Shown here piece by piece: positions 19,701 to 28,066 of a DNA stretch of 41,414 nt (the first letter of the stretch is position 1; every line of letters begins with the position of its first letter). The stretch lies in assembly GCA_945860405.1 (NCBI GenBank), contig CAMARC010000003.1, forward strand, positions 1 through 41,414, given 5' to 3'. The translations under genes were made by a program, and so were the position numbers. The notes under the pieces were generated by a model, which saw only the letters and a program-made list of their open reading frames with translations, had not been told where the DNA came from and ran no database searches. Source of the DNA: Candidatus Kuenenia stuttgartensis. Lineage in GTDB: Bacteria; Planctomycetota; Planctomycetia; Pirellulales; UBA1268.

Positions 19701-20019
19701 AAGCGCCGCGATCGGCTCCTGGAGCAGCGAAGACACGATGGATGATCGTGTCGATGCCGGGCGTACGACCGAGGAGCACCGAAGGATCTTCACCGATCGC
19801 CCTTGTTAGATCGGCCGGCAAGAGTTCTTTCGAGTTGACAAAGGTCACCTCGGCAGAGATCGGAGCGACCGAGCCGGGGGCAAACGTCGACGCGACGGTC
19901 TCGAAGGACGAGAACGCGAGGGCAAGTCGCGGTTCGAGCGATTGACTCCCCAGCCCTTGACGCTGGACCTTGAGCGGAAGCCGCCGCGACCGCCTTGACC
20001 GGGAGAGTTTCCAGGGCAT
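13759..20019 (-). CDS. Giant repeat surface protein/adhesin (planctomycete signal, VCBS-like repeats, RTX Ca-binding repeats, bluetail-like C-terminus)
   Basis: Arg-rich leader with LEPRLALA, EEIGH...GDEG module, GTYGTATLD-TY-LD repeats, GGAGDD/GGVGND/GGLGAD nonapeptides, and C-terminal DTITDFAIGTD...YLVLNDGVAGYNPATDAVI. ATG 20019 chosen from the leader; the ORF is open to 20250. Confidence 0.85.
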   Translation of the reverse strand: MPWKLSRSRRSRRLPLKVQRQGLGSQSLEPRLALAFSSFETVASTFAPGSVAPISAEVTFVNSKELLPADLTRAIGEDPSVLLGRTPGIDTIIHRVFAAPGADRGAFELKATSVEQRLLAGTSALGVSFRLLDSSVLGNHGGAYSATAPGGPTIYLRSDILSASAQVVRSVVFEEIGHHLDTLLNHGIDSRGDEGEYFSELVRGVSPSTTELSRLRLEDDHGILTFNGQSVPVEFNTISGVARSVRYAEGSDAVPLQPHLTLGRNSGRGSAAPNTITSAVLTIPSATTADRIHVPGAKGDAAGTTVSPIATGIAVGPQSRTDFWLQIGEGAAIRFTAAFTPGGEVTFTAPGTTGAGSFAAFQTLIRGVRYDNTSPSPTTEGRLFTWRIASAVSSSGVPLPVRTVGSTVTITLVNNAPTIDEITTPTDLAEEGDGNSGTSTTSATVKKSDSDSTGVRYDEAGLKANGWATTDDGSTYSARGTYGKATLTVATDTVTYEIDNTLPATDNLDEGEVAEDKFTIQVIDTGVASRRSTSKPQTAKKDLVFRVIGKAEFRTVRDVTPSISYTEREAPVSLQPTISLRRNSGSGSNAPETITTVALTIPAALVTDRIRVQGAKGDASGTTESSLAAGLFVPSLTATPTEFWLQNGNDGTDAFTASVTPGGTFAITSAAIGRDSFAAFENLLRKVQYDSTSSTPDAAPRQFSWLITRTANGVALPSRKFDQSVSITPVNNAPSVEVGPSSNILVEGTSSSAGTDSATVLLKKSDVDSPAVRYDDTWLVSKGWKRVEGGSIYTLSGNYGTASLDVTRDTISYLLDNSRPATDALSTGETVDDPFTIRVIDDRGASTDASVVFAVQGTTDASITPPTPPTVTASLASNGLVEAGALVTGVNTATASFTLASVDSTVAIDTAWLGLNGWITTDAGLSYTKAGTYGTATLDIATATITYLLDDALAATNALAEGQAVSELFPIQALAANGLSAQATAAFDISGSADAPTVVASAASNGLVEAGAIALGVNTATAALTLASVDSTVAIDTAWLDLNGWTTTDLGLTYTAAGTYGTATLDIATATISYLLDDALAATDALADGQAVSETFAIQALAANGLSAQATATFDITGSADGTATPPTVVAAPASNGLVEAGAIALGVNTATASFTLASVDSTVAFDTAWLELNGWLTADLGLSYTKAGTYGSATLDIATAIVTYLLDDALAATNALADGQVVSELFQVQALAANGLSAQATATFDITGSADAPTVVASAASNGLVETGALALGVNTATAALTLASVDSTVAIDTAWLELNGWITADAGLSYAKAGTYGTASLDIATATVTYFLDDALAATNALADGQVVSELFSIQVLAANGLSAQATATFDITGSADAPTVVASAASNSLVEAGAIAVGVTNATAALTLAGVDGTFTIDTAWLELNGWITADLGLSYAKAGTYGTATLDMATAIVTYLLDDALAAANALAVGQAVSELFPIQVLAANGLSAQATATFDIIALGVNTATASLTLGSIDSTVAIDTAWLELNGWITADAGLSYAKAGAYGTATLDIATAIVTYFLDDALAATNALAEGQAVSETFPIQVLAGNGLSAQANAEFAITGGNDAPTVTASAPSNGLVEAGFFAAGVNTATVALTLTDADGAVTIDVPWLESFGWNTDNGGLTYTHGGDYGFATIDMVTGVVSYLLLDALPVTDALIAGETVLDPFTIQVIDNGGAVAEATAIFTIAGSDLPSAFIANVAGFAAVSSANPTAATLGILNPANTLVLSIPAEAGVISILNVQWQWFDINTDAWVSIPGANALSYIPNSVDAVPAGAVIHAVAEYTDATGTLIITSVDTAPLGMEMVGTLGNDAFLGTISQDVLYGGAGDDFLDGNLGADYLAGGVGNDTYVVDDVADVVVELPGEGVDTIQSSVSWTLGDTVENLTLTGLGTINGTGNAFDNELIGNGLDNILTGGLGADTLTGGAGVDTFRLTSLTDSLAASMDTITDFAIGTDVFDAPTALARNRITALADPGTFSTATLELLLTPAVLLADRGAMVTFGGSATEAYLVLNDGVAGYNPATDAVIRIRYTGRLTRFIVT
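15180..17420 (-). repeat. Intragenic tandem repeat: six near-identical 381-bp (127-aa) units, plus a diverged seventh at about 14815-15180
   Basis: Anchor GACGAGG recurs at 15841, 16222, 16603, 16996 and 17377 (spacings 381, 381, 393, 381). One unit is shortened by 69 bp. Confidence 0.92.
17440..19300 (-). repeat. Older duplication of a ~318-aa two-domain module within the adhesin
   Basis: LQP...RNSG-GS-AP-TIT...DRI-V-GAKGDA-GTT occurs twice. CCTTGGCACC is found at 18171 and 19125, 954 bp apart. Confidence 0.8.
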
Positions 20020-20514
20020 CGCGAATCGACGGATCGGCCACACGGTCTGGAACGAACTCAGCCGCCGGTACCATCGCATCACGATCCGCATGAGACGTCT
20101 GCCTGTCTGGATTCGCTTGGGCTGGAATGGACGCCACCCACCCATGGCCTCGAGCCGGCGGGAGGGCGATGGCCCGAGTGGAACATACTTTTGGAAAAAT
20201 CCCCGGTCTTGGGTGGTTTCTTGCCGGATTGAAAGACCTCCTGACCGCAATCGCGGTCGGGACTTGGAAGCGGGCTTTTCGCGCAGTGCTCGGCCGGCTC
20301 TGGTGCCTTTGGAGCGAGCTTCCTTGCATGGCTGTCAGGTTTCCGATGCGGCGGGGAAGGTGAGCCGCTGGAGGGGTATGGCAGCCCGGACTCGGCGGCA
20401 GCTTGGGAGGAGACGATCTGAGGGGATACTCTGGGGGGATATCCTTGACCGGTCAAGGGACGTGGGCCGGGCGGCTGTGGGCGTTGCCGGTGTGCTTCTG
20501 GGGAGAGCTCGACG

Positions 20515-23500
20515 ATGCAACAGGGCATGAAAAGGGCGAAGATCGCCGCAATCGGTCTTTTCGTGGGGCTGCTCTTCGGGATGGCCGTGGACGCGTGGGG
20601 CGATGAGGGGGATCTGGAGTTGGCTCGGGCGGTACAGCCGATCCTCGCCAACCATTGTTGGAACTGTCACGGGCCGGACGAACACTCCCGCGAGGGGGGC
20701 TTGAGGCTCGACGTCCGGAGTGCCGCACTGGCGGCCCGCGATGACGGTGCGGCGGCGATCGTTGCCGGGGATGCGACAGCAAGCGTGATGATGGCGCGAG
20801 TCCACGCCACGGACGATACGCAGATGCCACCGGAATCGTTCGGCAAGCCACTCACCGCGGATCAGCGGGCCCTTCTTGCCCGTTGGATCGATGCCGGTGC
20901 CCCGTATGCAACCCACTGGGCCTTTCTCCCTCCGCGGCCTCCGCAGTTGCCGACCGTGAAGCGGAGTGATTGGCCCCGCGGCGATCTCGATCGGTTCGTG
21001 CTCGCCCGGCTCGAGGCGGAGGGGATCGAGCCCGCGCCCGAAGCCGACCGGGCGACCTGGCTGCGACGCGTGACGCTCGATCTCACCGGGCTTCCCCCGA
21101 CGTCAGAGGAGATCGGGGCGTTCCTCGTCGACTCGAGCCCCACTCCCTACGAGGCCGTCGTCGATCGGCTCCTGGCGTCGCCTCGCCATGCGGAGCGGAT
21201 GGCGATGCAGTGGCTCGACGTCGCCAGGTACGCCGACACCAACGGCTACAACAACGACGAGACGCGGACGCTCTGGCCGTGGCGTGACTGGGTGATTCGG
21301 GCGTTCGCCGAGAACATGCCCTTCGACCGTTTCGTGACCGAGCAGGTGGCGGGCGACCTGCTCACTGATGCCACGATCTCCCAACGGGTGGCCACTGGCT
21401 TCAGCCGCAATCACGTGCTCACGACCGAAGGGGGCATCATCGACGAGGAGTACCGGGTCGAGTACGTCGCCGATCGGGTTCACACCACTGCGACCGCCTT
21501 CCTCGGCCTGTCGCTCCAGTGTGCCCGCTGCCATGACCACAAGTACGATCCCTTCACCCAGGCTGACTACTACCGGTTCGCGGCCTTCTTCGACAATGTT
21601 CCAGACAAGGTCGTGGGCTACAGCCAGGGGGGGCGGATGGCCGAGCCGCTCCTCGAGGTCCCTTCGCCAGAGCAGAGCGCCGAGCGGCAGCGGCTCGAGG
21701 CGCGGCGGGCCGAACTCGCGGAACGGTTGGCCAAGCGCGCGACTGAATGCGCGGCCGATCAGGAAGCCTGGGAGGCCACGCTGACGCCGGAGCGTCTTGC
21801 GGCAGCCGAGCCTCCCGGATTGCTGGCTTGGTTTCCGCTCGATGACGAGGCCGGGCCGAAGGTCGCCAGTGCCCTGCCAGCAGGCATTCCCGGCGAGGTG
21901 GTCGGGAGATTCGAGCATGCCGAGGGGCGGCTCGGTGGGGCGGGGCTGTTTGACGGCCAAACCCACATCGCCGCCGGCGAGACCGGGGCGTTCGAGGCCG
22001 ATCGCCCGTTCTCGATCTCGGTGTGGGTCTATCCGACGAGCGGGGAAGCGACCACGATCCTCTCCAAAATGGATGAAGCCGATGCGTTCCGAGGCTACGA
22101 CCTGATCCTCGAACAGGGCAAGGTCGCCGTTCATGTCGTTCACCATTGGCCTGACCGGGCCTTCAAGGTGATCACCAACGAGCCGATCACGCTCGATCAT
22201 TGGCACCACCTTGCCGTCACCTACGACGGCTCGCGCCGGTCGACTGGGATGCGGGTGTTTGTCGATGGCGTCGCGCGGCCGATCACCGCCACGACCGACA
22301 ACACCGTCGATGGCACGCTCTTCACGTCGCGACCGTTTCATATCGGAAGGCGCAGCACGAGCGCCCCTTTCCGCGGACGGATCGATGACCTCCGTCTCTA
22401 TGGCTGTGTGCTGCCCGACCACGACATCACGCTGCTAACCGCCGGGGAGACTCCGGCCGGGCTCGCGGCGCTTGTCGATGTGCCCCGCGAGCGCCGCAGT
22501 TCGGGCGAGGCTCTGCGGCTGCGGGCTCATTTCCTCGATTCCGTCGACGAGCACTCGCGTGGGTGGCGCGAGGAGGCCGCTGCCATCCCGGCGAAGCTCG
22601 CGGATCTTGCGAAGCAGATCCCGGTGACGATGGTCATGGCCGAGATGAATCCACGCCGCGAGACACGCGTGCTCGTCCGTGGTCGGTATGACCAGCCGGG
22701 CGACATCGTCTCGCCGGGCGTGCCGGGGTTCGGTCCTGGAACCGAGGTCCTGCCCGTCGAAGGGGGCGATCGGATGGCGCTGGCCCGTTGGTTGACGCAT
22801 CCCGATCACCCGCTCACCGCCCGTGTCGCGGTCAACCGGTGGTGGGGAATGCTCTTCGGAACGGGGATCGTCGAGACGGTCGAGGATTTCGGTATCCAGG
22901 GGACCGCACCGAGTGATCAGCAACTCCTCGACTGGCTGGCAACGGAACTCGTCAGCCGGGGCTGGAACGTGCGCAGCCTGCTCCGTGAGGTTGTCCTTTC
23001 AGCAACCTACCGGCAGTCGTCGCACGTCACGCCGCTGCTCGCAGAGCGGGATCCGGCCAACCGCCTCCTCGCTCGGGGGCCTCGTGGCAGGCTCCCCGCG
23101 GAGACGGTGCGCGACAATGCCCTGGCGATCGGGGGATTGCTCGTCGAGAAGATCGGGGGGCCGAGCGTCAGGCCATGGCAGCCCGCCGGACTGTGGGAGG
23201 ACGTTTCGGTCGAACGTCGCGACACGTACGTCCCTGACAGCGGGGAAGGGGCGCATCGCCGCAGCATGTACACCTTCTGGAAGCGGACCTGCCCGCCGCC
23301 GGGGATGACGACCTTCGATGCCCCGGACCGGGAGACGTGCGTGGCCCGTCGCGGTCGCACCAACACCCCGCTGCAAGCGCTCGTGTTGATGAACGACCCA
23401 ACCTACCTCGAGGCCGCCAGAGCGCTGGCCACCCGGCTGTTGGCAGAGCCCGGCGACGACGCCGCCCGCGTCAATTGGGCGTGGCTGCGGGCCGTGGGGC

Positions 23501-23709
23501 GGACGCCGACCCCAGACGAGACGACCGTCGTCAGCACCGTCCTCGGAGCAGCGAGGCAACGATTCCAAGGGGACCCCGCGGCCGCCGAGCAATTCCTCGC
23601 CGCTGCTGGCGGGCCGGTGCCGGACGGTGTCGACCGGCCGTCGCTCGCTGCCTGGACAACCATCGCCAGCTTGATCCTCAATCTCGACGAGACGATCTCC
23701 AAGCCCTGA
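20515..23709 (+). CDS. PSD1/planctomycete cytochrome c protein (PSCyt1-DUF1549-LamG-like-DUF1553)
   Basis: CWNCH and CARCH haem motifs, [25 protein letters not shown], LamG-like [10 protein letters not shown]...[22 protein letters not shown] and TNTPLQAL. Confidence 0.92.
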   Translation: MQQGMKRAKIAAIGLFVGLLFGMAVDAWGDEGDLELARAVQPILANHCWNCHGPDEHSREGGLRLDVRSAALAARDDGAAAIVAGDATASVMMARVHATDDTQMPPESFGKPLTADQRALLARWIDAGAPYATHWAFLPPRPPQLPTVKRSDWPRGDLDRFVLARLEAEGIEPAPEADRATWLRRVTLDLTGLPPTSEEIGAFLVDSSPTPYEAVVDRLLASPRHAERMAMQWLDVARYADTNGYNNDETRTLWPWRDWVIRAFAENMPFDRFVTEQVAGDLLTDATISQRVATGFSRNHVLTTEGGIIDEEYRVEYVADRVHTTATAFLGLSLQCARCHDHKYDPFTQADYYRFAAFFDNVPDKVVGYSQGGRMAEPLLEVPSPEQSAERQRLEARRAELAERLAKRATECAADQEAWEATLTPERLAAAEPPGLLAWFPLDDEAGPKVASALPAGIPGEVVGRFEHAEGRLGGAGLFDGQTHIAAGETGAFEADRPFSISVWVYPTSGEATTILSKMDEADAFRGYDLILEQGKVAVHVVHHWPDRAFKVITNEPITLDHWHHLAVTYDGSRRSTGMRVFVDGVARPITATTDNTVDGTLFTSRPFHIGRRSTSAPFRGRIDDLRLYGCVLPDHDITLLTAGETPAGLAALVDVPRERRSSGEALRLRAHFLDSVDEHSRGWREEAAAIPAKLADLAKQIPVTMVMAEMNPRRETRVLVRGRYDQPGDIVSPGVPGFGPGTEVLPVEGGDRMALARWLTHPDHPLTARVAVNRWWGMLFGTGIVETVEDFGIQGTAPSDQQLLDWLATELVSRGWNVRSLLREVVLSATYRQSSHVTPLLAERDPANRLLARGPRGRLPAETVRDNALAIGGLLVEKIGGPSVRPWQPAGLWEDVSVERRDTYVPDSGEGAHRRSMYTFWKRTCPPPGMTTFDAPDRETCVARRGRTNTPLQALVLMNDPTYLEAARALATRLLAEPGDDAARVNWAWLRAVGRTPTPDETTVVSTVLGAARQRFQGDPAAAEQFLAAAGGPVPDGVDRPSLAAWTTIASLILNLDETISKP

Positions 23710-23722
23710 CATACATAGACGC

Positions 23723-23788
23723 GGAAAAAGTCTTCCATGCCCTTTTTCCACTTGAGCCACCCCAAAAAAACCGAGGTTTTTCGGGGTG
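23723..23788. other. Two A/T-tract stem-loops in the PSD1-DUF1501 intergenic region
   Basis: GGAAAAAG(23723-30)/CTTTTTCC(23742-49) and CACCCC-AAAAAAACC-GA-GGTTTTT-C-GGGGTG (23758-88). Confidence 0.45.
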
Positions 23789-23878
23789 TCGCCCGCCGCA
23801 TCCGGCGGCGGGCACTTGATCCACGGCCTGCTAAGCCCTCATCCTTTCCCGCGCTCCCGCTCCGCCCCCTCGATCGGA

Positions 23879-25339
23879 ATGCCCGCCATGCCCGCAAGTC
23901 CCCCGCCCTTTGATGCCTTCCACCGCCGCGCGTTCCTCCACGGCAGCGCCTCGGTCGTCGGCAGCGCCGCCCTGGCCGGATTGTTTGCCCGGGATGGCGT
24001 CGCGACGTCTCCGGCTGGGCGGGCCACCGGGGCTGTGACGCCGCATGTCGCGGCGCGCGCCAAAAGGGTCGTCTATCTTTTTCAGTCGGGCGGACCTTCG
24101 CATCTCGAGCTCCTCGACCACAAGCCGCGGCTGCGGGAGTTTCACGGACAGGAACTTCCCGACTCGATCCGACAGGGACAGCGGCTCACCGGGATGACGA
24201 GCGGGCAGACGAGTTTTCCGGTGATCGCCCCGAAGTTTGGCTTCGTTCAGGCGGGCAGCAACGGGACCTGGATCAGCGAATTGCTGCCCCACACCGCCAA
24301 GCAGATCGACCGCATCTGTCTCGTCCGTTCGATGCACACCGAGGCGATCAATCACGACCCGGCGATCACGTTCGTCCAGACCGGATCGCAGCAACCCGGA
24401 CGGCCCTCGCTGGGGGCGTGGTTGTCCTACGGCCTGGGGAGCGAGGCAGAGAACCTCCCCGCGTTCGTCGTCCTCATCTCTCACGGGAGCGGTAAGGACG
24501 CCAATCAGGGCCTCCTTGAACGCCTCTGGGGGGCCGGCTTTCTGCCGTCGAGCCATCAGGGGGTGAAGCTCCGCAGTGCCGGCGACCCGGTCCTCTTCCT
24601 CTCCGATCCCCCGGGCATCGATCGCGGTTTGCGACGGACGATGCTCGATGGCTTGGCAGCGCTCAACGATCGCCAGCGGCTGGAGACCGGCGACCCCGAA
24701 ATCGCCACGCGGATCGCGCAGTACGAGATGGCGTTCGGGATGCAGGCTTCGGTCCCGGAGCTGACGGATCTTTCGGGTGAGTCGGCAAAGACATTCGACG
24801 ATTACGGCGAGGCGGCCCGCCGGCCGGGCACGTTTGCTGCCAACTGTCTGCTCGCCCGCCGGCTGCTGGAACGAGGTGTGCGTTGCGTGCAGCTCTACCA
24901 CCGCGGCTGGGACCAGCACGGCGGCCTGCCGACGAACATCCCCAAGCAGGCTCGGGACATCGATCAGCCGCAGGCAGCGCTCATTGCCGATCTCCAGGCC
25001 CGGGGGATGCTCGACGACACGCTCGTCGTCTGGGGGGGGGAGTTTGGGAGGACCGTCTACGGCCAGGGGGGGCTGCAGGACGACTACGGTCGCGATCACC
25101 ATGGCCGGTGTTATTCGGTTTGGATGGCCGGCGGGGGGATCCGTCCCGGGGTTGTCCACGGGGAGACCGACGACTACGGCTACAACATCGTCCGCGATCC
25201 GGTCCACGTTCACGACCTCAATGCCACGCTCCTCCAATGCCTCGGCTACGACCACAAGCGACTCACCTACCGCTTCCAGGGACGCGACTACCGGCTCACC
25301 GACGTGGAGGGGAACGTCGTCAAGGAGATCCTGGCGTGA
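23879..25339 (+). CDS. DUF1501 family protein (Tat-type leader)
   Basis: HRRAFL twin-arginine, [45 protein letters not shown] and VHVHDLNAT. Start uncertain (23879 or 23888). Confidence 0.92.
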   Translation: MPAMPASPPPFDAFHRRAFLHGSASVVGSAALAGLFARDGVATSPAGRATGAVTPHVAARAKRVVYLFQSGGPSHLELLDHKPRLREFHGQELPDSIRQGQRLTGMTSGQTSFPVIAPKFGFVQAGSNGTWISELLPHTAKQIDRICLVRSMHTEAINHDPAITFVQTGSQQPGRPSLGAWLSYGLGSEAENLPAFVVLISHGSGKDANQGLLERLWGAGFLPSSHQGVKLRSAGDPVLFLSDPPGIDRGLRRTMLDGLAALNDRQRLETGDPEIATRIAQYEMAFGMQASVPELTDLSGESAKTFDDYGEAARRPGTFAANCLLARRLLERGVRCVQLYHRGWDQHGGLPTNIPKQARDIDQPQAALIADLQARGMLDDTLVVWGGEFGRTVYGQGGLQDDYGRDHHGRCYSVWMAGGGIRPGVVHGETDDYGYNIVRDPVHVHDLNATLLQCLGYDHKRLTYRFQGRDYRLTDVEGNVVKEILA

Positions 25340-25387
25340 TCCCAGGGCGAGGCGGGAAGGGGCCGCGGATTTCCGTCGGGACCAATC

Positions 25388-25415
25388 TTGACTTTGCTCA
25401 CAAATCACGAACAAT
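25388..25415 (+). promoter_or_regulatory. Candidate sigma70 promoter for the DUF1559 gene
   Basis: TTGACT-N16-AACAAT in an AT-rich patch about 40 bp upstream of the ATG. Confidence 0.45.
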
Positions 25416-25455
25416 TCACCTCGGGGAACTTTTGAAATCCGGGGGAGAAGCCACC

Positions 25456-26469
25456 ATGCTGGCAGGCCGTCCGATGTGGCTGTCGCGGGGTGGGGTGAAC
25501 AGCCCGGTCCAGCGAGCTAGGCCCGGATTCACGCTCGTTGAACTGCTCGTGGTGATCGCGATCATCGGCGGGCTCGTCGGTCTCCTCCTCCCGGCCGTTC
25601 AGGCCGCCCGCGAAGCCGGTAGACGCACCCGTTGTGCCAATTCCCTCAAGCAGATCGCCATCGGCCTCCACAGCTACATGACGGCGAAGGGGAGATTTCC
25701 CGCCGGGTATCTGGCGACGACCACCTCGCCGAAGCGAGATTCGACGACCCACGACGCCCCCCCGGGGACCGGCTGGGGACTGGCCATTGCCGCGTTCATG
25801 GAGGAGTCGGCTCTCACCGATGCCTACAACTCGATCGACGGTGTCGGGGGCGCCTCGAATGCCGCCGTCGTCAGTCGCCCGATCGCCACCTTTCTCTGCG
25901 CCTCCTCGAGCGGGCCGCGGACGCCGTTCGCCGTCGCGGGCTCCGATGGCACGGCGATCACCCCCGGGGTGATGCTCGGTCGCAGCGACTATGTCGCCAA
26001 TGCCGGTCAGATCGACGTCTGGAACTCGAGGCCCGGCCGGGATGACTGGAACGGCCTCGCCAACGGGCCGCTTTTTCGGAACTCGATGATCCGCCCGGGC
26101 GATGTGATGGATGGTCTCTCTCAGACGGTGTTCATCGGTGAACACTCTCAGGCGCTGTCGCAAAAATCGTGGGCCGGAGTCGTGCCAGGGGGATGGAGTC
26201 AGGTTGACCGGACGATGAGTACGGCTCCGGCCGGGCCAGGAGCCACGTTCGTTCTCGCTCATTCCGGCCCAACAGCCGACGGCCCGGTCCACACCCCCAA
26301 CGATCCCAGCGGCCACTGCGACCAGATGTTCTCCCAACATCCCACTGGCAGCAACGTGGCCTACGGCGATGCCGGAGTGCGGTTTGTGGCTGCCGATGTC
26401 GATCCGACGATCTGGGCTGCGACCTGCACGATCGCCGGTGGGGAGAAGGTCTCGCAGGCTCAGCCGTGA
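25456..26469 (+). CDS. DUF1559 family prepilin-type N-terminal cleavage/methylation protein
   Basis: [51 protein letters not shown] and C-terminal H-X9-D(A) motif. Confidence 0.92.
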   Translation: MLAGRPMWLSRGGVNSPVQRARPGFTLVELLVVIAIIGGLVGLLLPAVQAAREAGRRTRCANSLKQIAIGLHSYMTAKGRFPAGYLATTTSPKRDSTTHDAPPGTGWGLAIAAFMEESALTDAYNSIDGVGGASNAAVVSRPIATFLCASSSGPRTPFAVAGSDGTAITPGVMLGRSDYVANAGQIDVWNSRPGRDDWNGLANGPLFRNSMIRPGDVMDGLSQTVFIGEHSQALSQKSWAGVVPGGWSQVDRTMSTAPAGPGATFVLAHSGPTADGPVHTPNDPSGHCDQMFSQHPTGSNVAYGDAGVRFVAADVDPTIWAATCTIAGGEKVSQAQP

Positions 26470-26565
26470 GCCCTGGCAACTGATCATCCGGCCCCTGCTC
26501 GGGGGGGCTATACTGCTTCCGCACGATGGCGGGCACGTGCTGCCCTCCCAGAGACGGAGCCCCCC

Positions 26566-27999
26566 ATGCTCGAGATCCTCGGTCGACCCGGTGTGATGTC
26601 GCGGCGGCTCGGCCGTCGCGCCATGCTTCAGATCGGGGGATCCGGGCTCCTGGGAGTATCGCTCGCGAAGGTGCTTGCCGCCGAGGCGACGGCCACTGGC
26701 CCGAAGCCGAGGGCGAAGTCGGTGATCTTCCTGTTCCTCTTCGGCGGCCCGAGCCAGTACGAAACCTTCGACATGAAGCCGGACGCGCCGGCCGACATCC
26801 GCGGGCCGATGAGCCCGATCGGCTGCCGAACGCCGGGGTTGCGGATCAGCGAACACCTCCCGAAGCTGGCGGAAATCTCCGACCGCTACTGCGTCATCCG
26901 CTCGATGACGCACGATTTCAACGACCACAGCGGCGGTGGCCACTACATCCAGACGGGCAAACGCTGGCAGATCCCCGTCGGTGGCGGATTCAGTGCCACC
27001 CCGCAGGACTGGCCGTCGATCGGCTCGGTGGTGGAGCACCTCGAGCACCAGCGCTCGCGGGGCGCCCCGCGCGATCTGCCGGCGTATGCGGTCGTGCCCA
27101 ACCGGCTCGGCCGGCTGCAGGAGAACGGACAGTATGTCCGTCCCGGCGAATACGGCGGTTGGCTGGGATCGTCGGTCAATCCGCTCACCACGCGGATCGA
27201 CCGCAAGGACATCGCCGACAACCCCTACTGGCGTGATTGCACCGACAGCGAACTCCGCTGCCGCATCGAGGGGCTCGAGCCGGTCTCTGCCGACGACATC
27301 GCCCGGATCCGGCGCCGGGCCACGCTCCTCGAATCGTTCGACGCCCAGCGGCGGATCATCGATGGCCGACGATCGCTCGAGATCGATCGGATCCGCGAGC
27401 GTGCCCTCGGCCTCGTCACGAGTTCACGGACGCGCGAGGCCCTCGATCTGGAACGGGAGCCGGCGACGGTCCGCGACGGCTACGGCCGTCATCTCTTCGG
27501 CCAGGCCTGTCTGATGGCGCGGCGGCTCGTCGAGGCAGGCACGCGCTTTGTGACGGTGCACTACGATTGTTGCGACGGTTACAGTTGGGATTCGCACGTC
27601 CATTCCAACGATGTGCGGCGCTCGCTCCTCCCCACGTTCGATTCCGCGCTGTCGGGATTGCTCCTCGATCTGGAACAGCGCGGTCTCCTCGCCGAGACGC
27701 TCGTCGTGGCCCTCGGCGAGATGGGGCGGACGGCGAAGCCGACGAAGGACTGGGGGCGCAACCACTGGAGCACGCTCTTCCCGGCGGTGATCGCCGGGGC
27801 CGGGGTCCAAGGCGGCACCACATGGGGGGCTTCGGACAAGAACGGCGAGTATCCCATCGAGCATCCGACGTCGCCTGAGGACCTTGCGGCGACGATCTAC
27901 AAGACGCTCGGTATCGATCCCGACACGGTCCTCACGATGCCCGACGGCCGGCCAGTACCGATCTCGACCGGGCGGCCGATCGACGGGATCTTCGGGTAA
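26566..27999 (+). CDS. DUF1501 family protein (second paralogue)
   Basis: GRRAML leader, AKSVIFLFLFGGPSQYETFDMKP, CLMARRLVEAG, WDSH, GEMGRT and GRNHW. TATACT at 26509-14 upstream. Confidence 0.92.
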   Translation: MLEILGRPGVMSRRLGRRAMLQIGGSGLLGVSLAKVLAAEATATGPKPRAKSVIFLFLFGGPSQYETFDMKPDAPADIRGPMSPIGCRTPGLRISEHLPKLAEISDRYCVIRSMTHDFNDHSGGGHYIQTGKRWQIPVGGGFSATPQDWPSIGSVVEHLEHQRSRGAPRDLPAYAVVPNRLGRLQENGQYVRPGEYGGWLGSSVNPLTTRIDRKDIADNPYWRDCTDSELRCRIEGLEPVSADDIARIRRRATLLESFDAQRRIIDGRRSLEIDRIRERALGLVTSSRTREALDLEREPATVRDGYGRHLFGQACLMARRLVEAGTRFVTVHYDCCDGYSWDSHVHSNDVRRSLLPTFDSALSGLLLDLEQRGLLAETLVVALGEMGRTAKPTKDWGRNHWSTLFPAVIAGAGVQGGTTWGASDKNGEYPIEHPTSPEDLAATIYKTLGIDPDTVLTMPDGRPVPISTGRPIDGIFG

Positions 28000-28066
28000 T
28001 TGATTGGGGTTTGGTTGGCTGGGGGGGCCGACTGGGGACGGCTTTGCTGTTGAGGGATGCGCATCG

